A DNA stretch of 64,000 bases, from NCBI GenBank assembly GCA_902595225.1, contig CACJPG010000001.1, positions 149,161 through 213,160 on the forward strand. Reading direction: 5' to 3'. The notes under the pieces were generated by a model. It saw nothing but the letters and a program-made list of their open reading frames with translations. It was not told the DNA's origin and made no database searches. The DNA comes from an uncultured Thiothrix sp. (GTDB lineage: Bacteria > Pseudomonadota > Gammaproteobacteria > Poriferisulfidales > GCA-002705445). Shown one piece after another: positions 63,341-64,000 of this stretch. How positions within the stretch are numbered: the first letter of the stretch is position 1; the number at the start of each line of letters is the position of its first letter. Position numbers and translations under genes: made by a program.

Positions 63341-64000
63341 ATGAGTGATCAAGAAATAAAAATATTTAGCGTCAGCGAAATAAATAATAATGTAAAAGAA
63401 GTTTTAGAACTTAAATTTCAAGAATATATTTATGTAGAAGGTGAAATTTCTCAAGCAAATACTGCTCAAAGTGGCCACATGTATTTAACCTTGAAAGATT
63501 CAATATCTACAGTTCGCTGTACTCTTTGGAGTGCCAGAGTTAACAGAGTTGACACTTTTCCAGAACTAGGACTACATGTGATTGTAAAATGTCGGGTTTC
63601 ATTTTATGAAAAAAATGGATCGTATCAGCTTGATATAATTGAAATGAAATCCTCTAGTGTAGGTAGATTTCACGAATTATTTGAGAAGCTAAAAATAAAA
63701 TTGAAAAATGAAGGTTTGTTTGATAAAAGCTTTAAGAAAAAACTACCAAAATATCCAAAGAAAATTGCAGTAATAACTTCACTTGCTGGAAGCGTTATCA
63801 AGGATATTATAAAGGTCACACAAAGAAGACTTCCTTATATAGAACTAGATATTTATGGTTGTAATGTGCAAGGAGAAAATTGCGCAAAAAGTATTATAAA
63901 CCAATTGATAACAATTAATAAATTAGGTGATTCAGATGTAATAATAATAGCAAGGGGAGGTGGTTCGCTAGAGGATTTAATAGAATATAATAACGAATTG
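63341..64000 (+). CDS. xseA: exodeoxyribonuclease VII large subunit, 3' end beyond window
   Basis: Frame open from the ATG at 63341 to the window end. OB-fold N-terminus and the conserved IIARGGGS motif. Confidence 0.85.
   Translation, partial: MSDQEIKIFSVSEINNNVKEVLELKFQEYIYVEGEISQANTAQSGHMYLTLKDSISTVRCTLWSARVNRVDTFPELGLHVIVKCRVSFYEKNGSYQLDIIEMKSSSVGRFHELFEKLKIKLKNEGLFDKSFKKKLPKYPKKIAVITSLAGSVIKDIIKVTQRRLPYIELDIYGCNVQGENCAKSIINQLITINKLGDSDVIIIARGGGSLEDLIEYNNEL

Overview
The window is AT-rich and tightly packed, with many 1-10 nt start/stop overlaps and almost no intergenic space. The gene content and organisation look like a streamlined marine alphaproteobacterium of the SAR11/Pelagibacterales type (inference; no rRNA in the window to confirm). 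I call about 70 CDS, two tRNA-Ser genes and a 5' partial xseA at the right edge. Bases 599 to 20872 form one ~20 kb co-directional minus-strand array: pgpA-thiL-nusB-ribH-ribBA-ribE-ribD-nrdR-glyA, a CbiX-like gene, kdsB-ycaR-lpxK-msbA, lolD-lolE and a complete ccmHGFE-(ccmD?)-CBA set. The rest is mostly housekeeping: mfd, mscS, nagZ, folP, lepA, degP, nadB, orn, recR-ybaB-dnaX, icd-aceA, a livGHMF ABC operon, tadA and guaAB. Accessory-looking content is:
- a copper-trafficking cluster around an SBP56/methanethiol-oxidase gene (tlpA, mauG-like CCP, SCO1, mtoX and a divergent second SCO1);
- a 1-kb single-gene segment bounded by tRNA-Ser(GGA) and a direct repeat of that tRNA's 3' end (integration-scar architecture, no integrase);
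- an isolated, comparatively GC-rich formaldehyde-activating-enzyme (fae) homologue;
- an acyl-CoA-synthetase-like protein with degenerate adenylation motifs heading the liv operon.
I found no transposase, integrase, CRISPR array or rRNA. My base-by-base reading disagrees with the ORF track by one base near tRNA-Ser(TGA), so hand-derived coordinates (tRNAs, hairpins, repeats) may be off by 1 nt.
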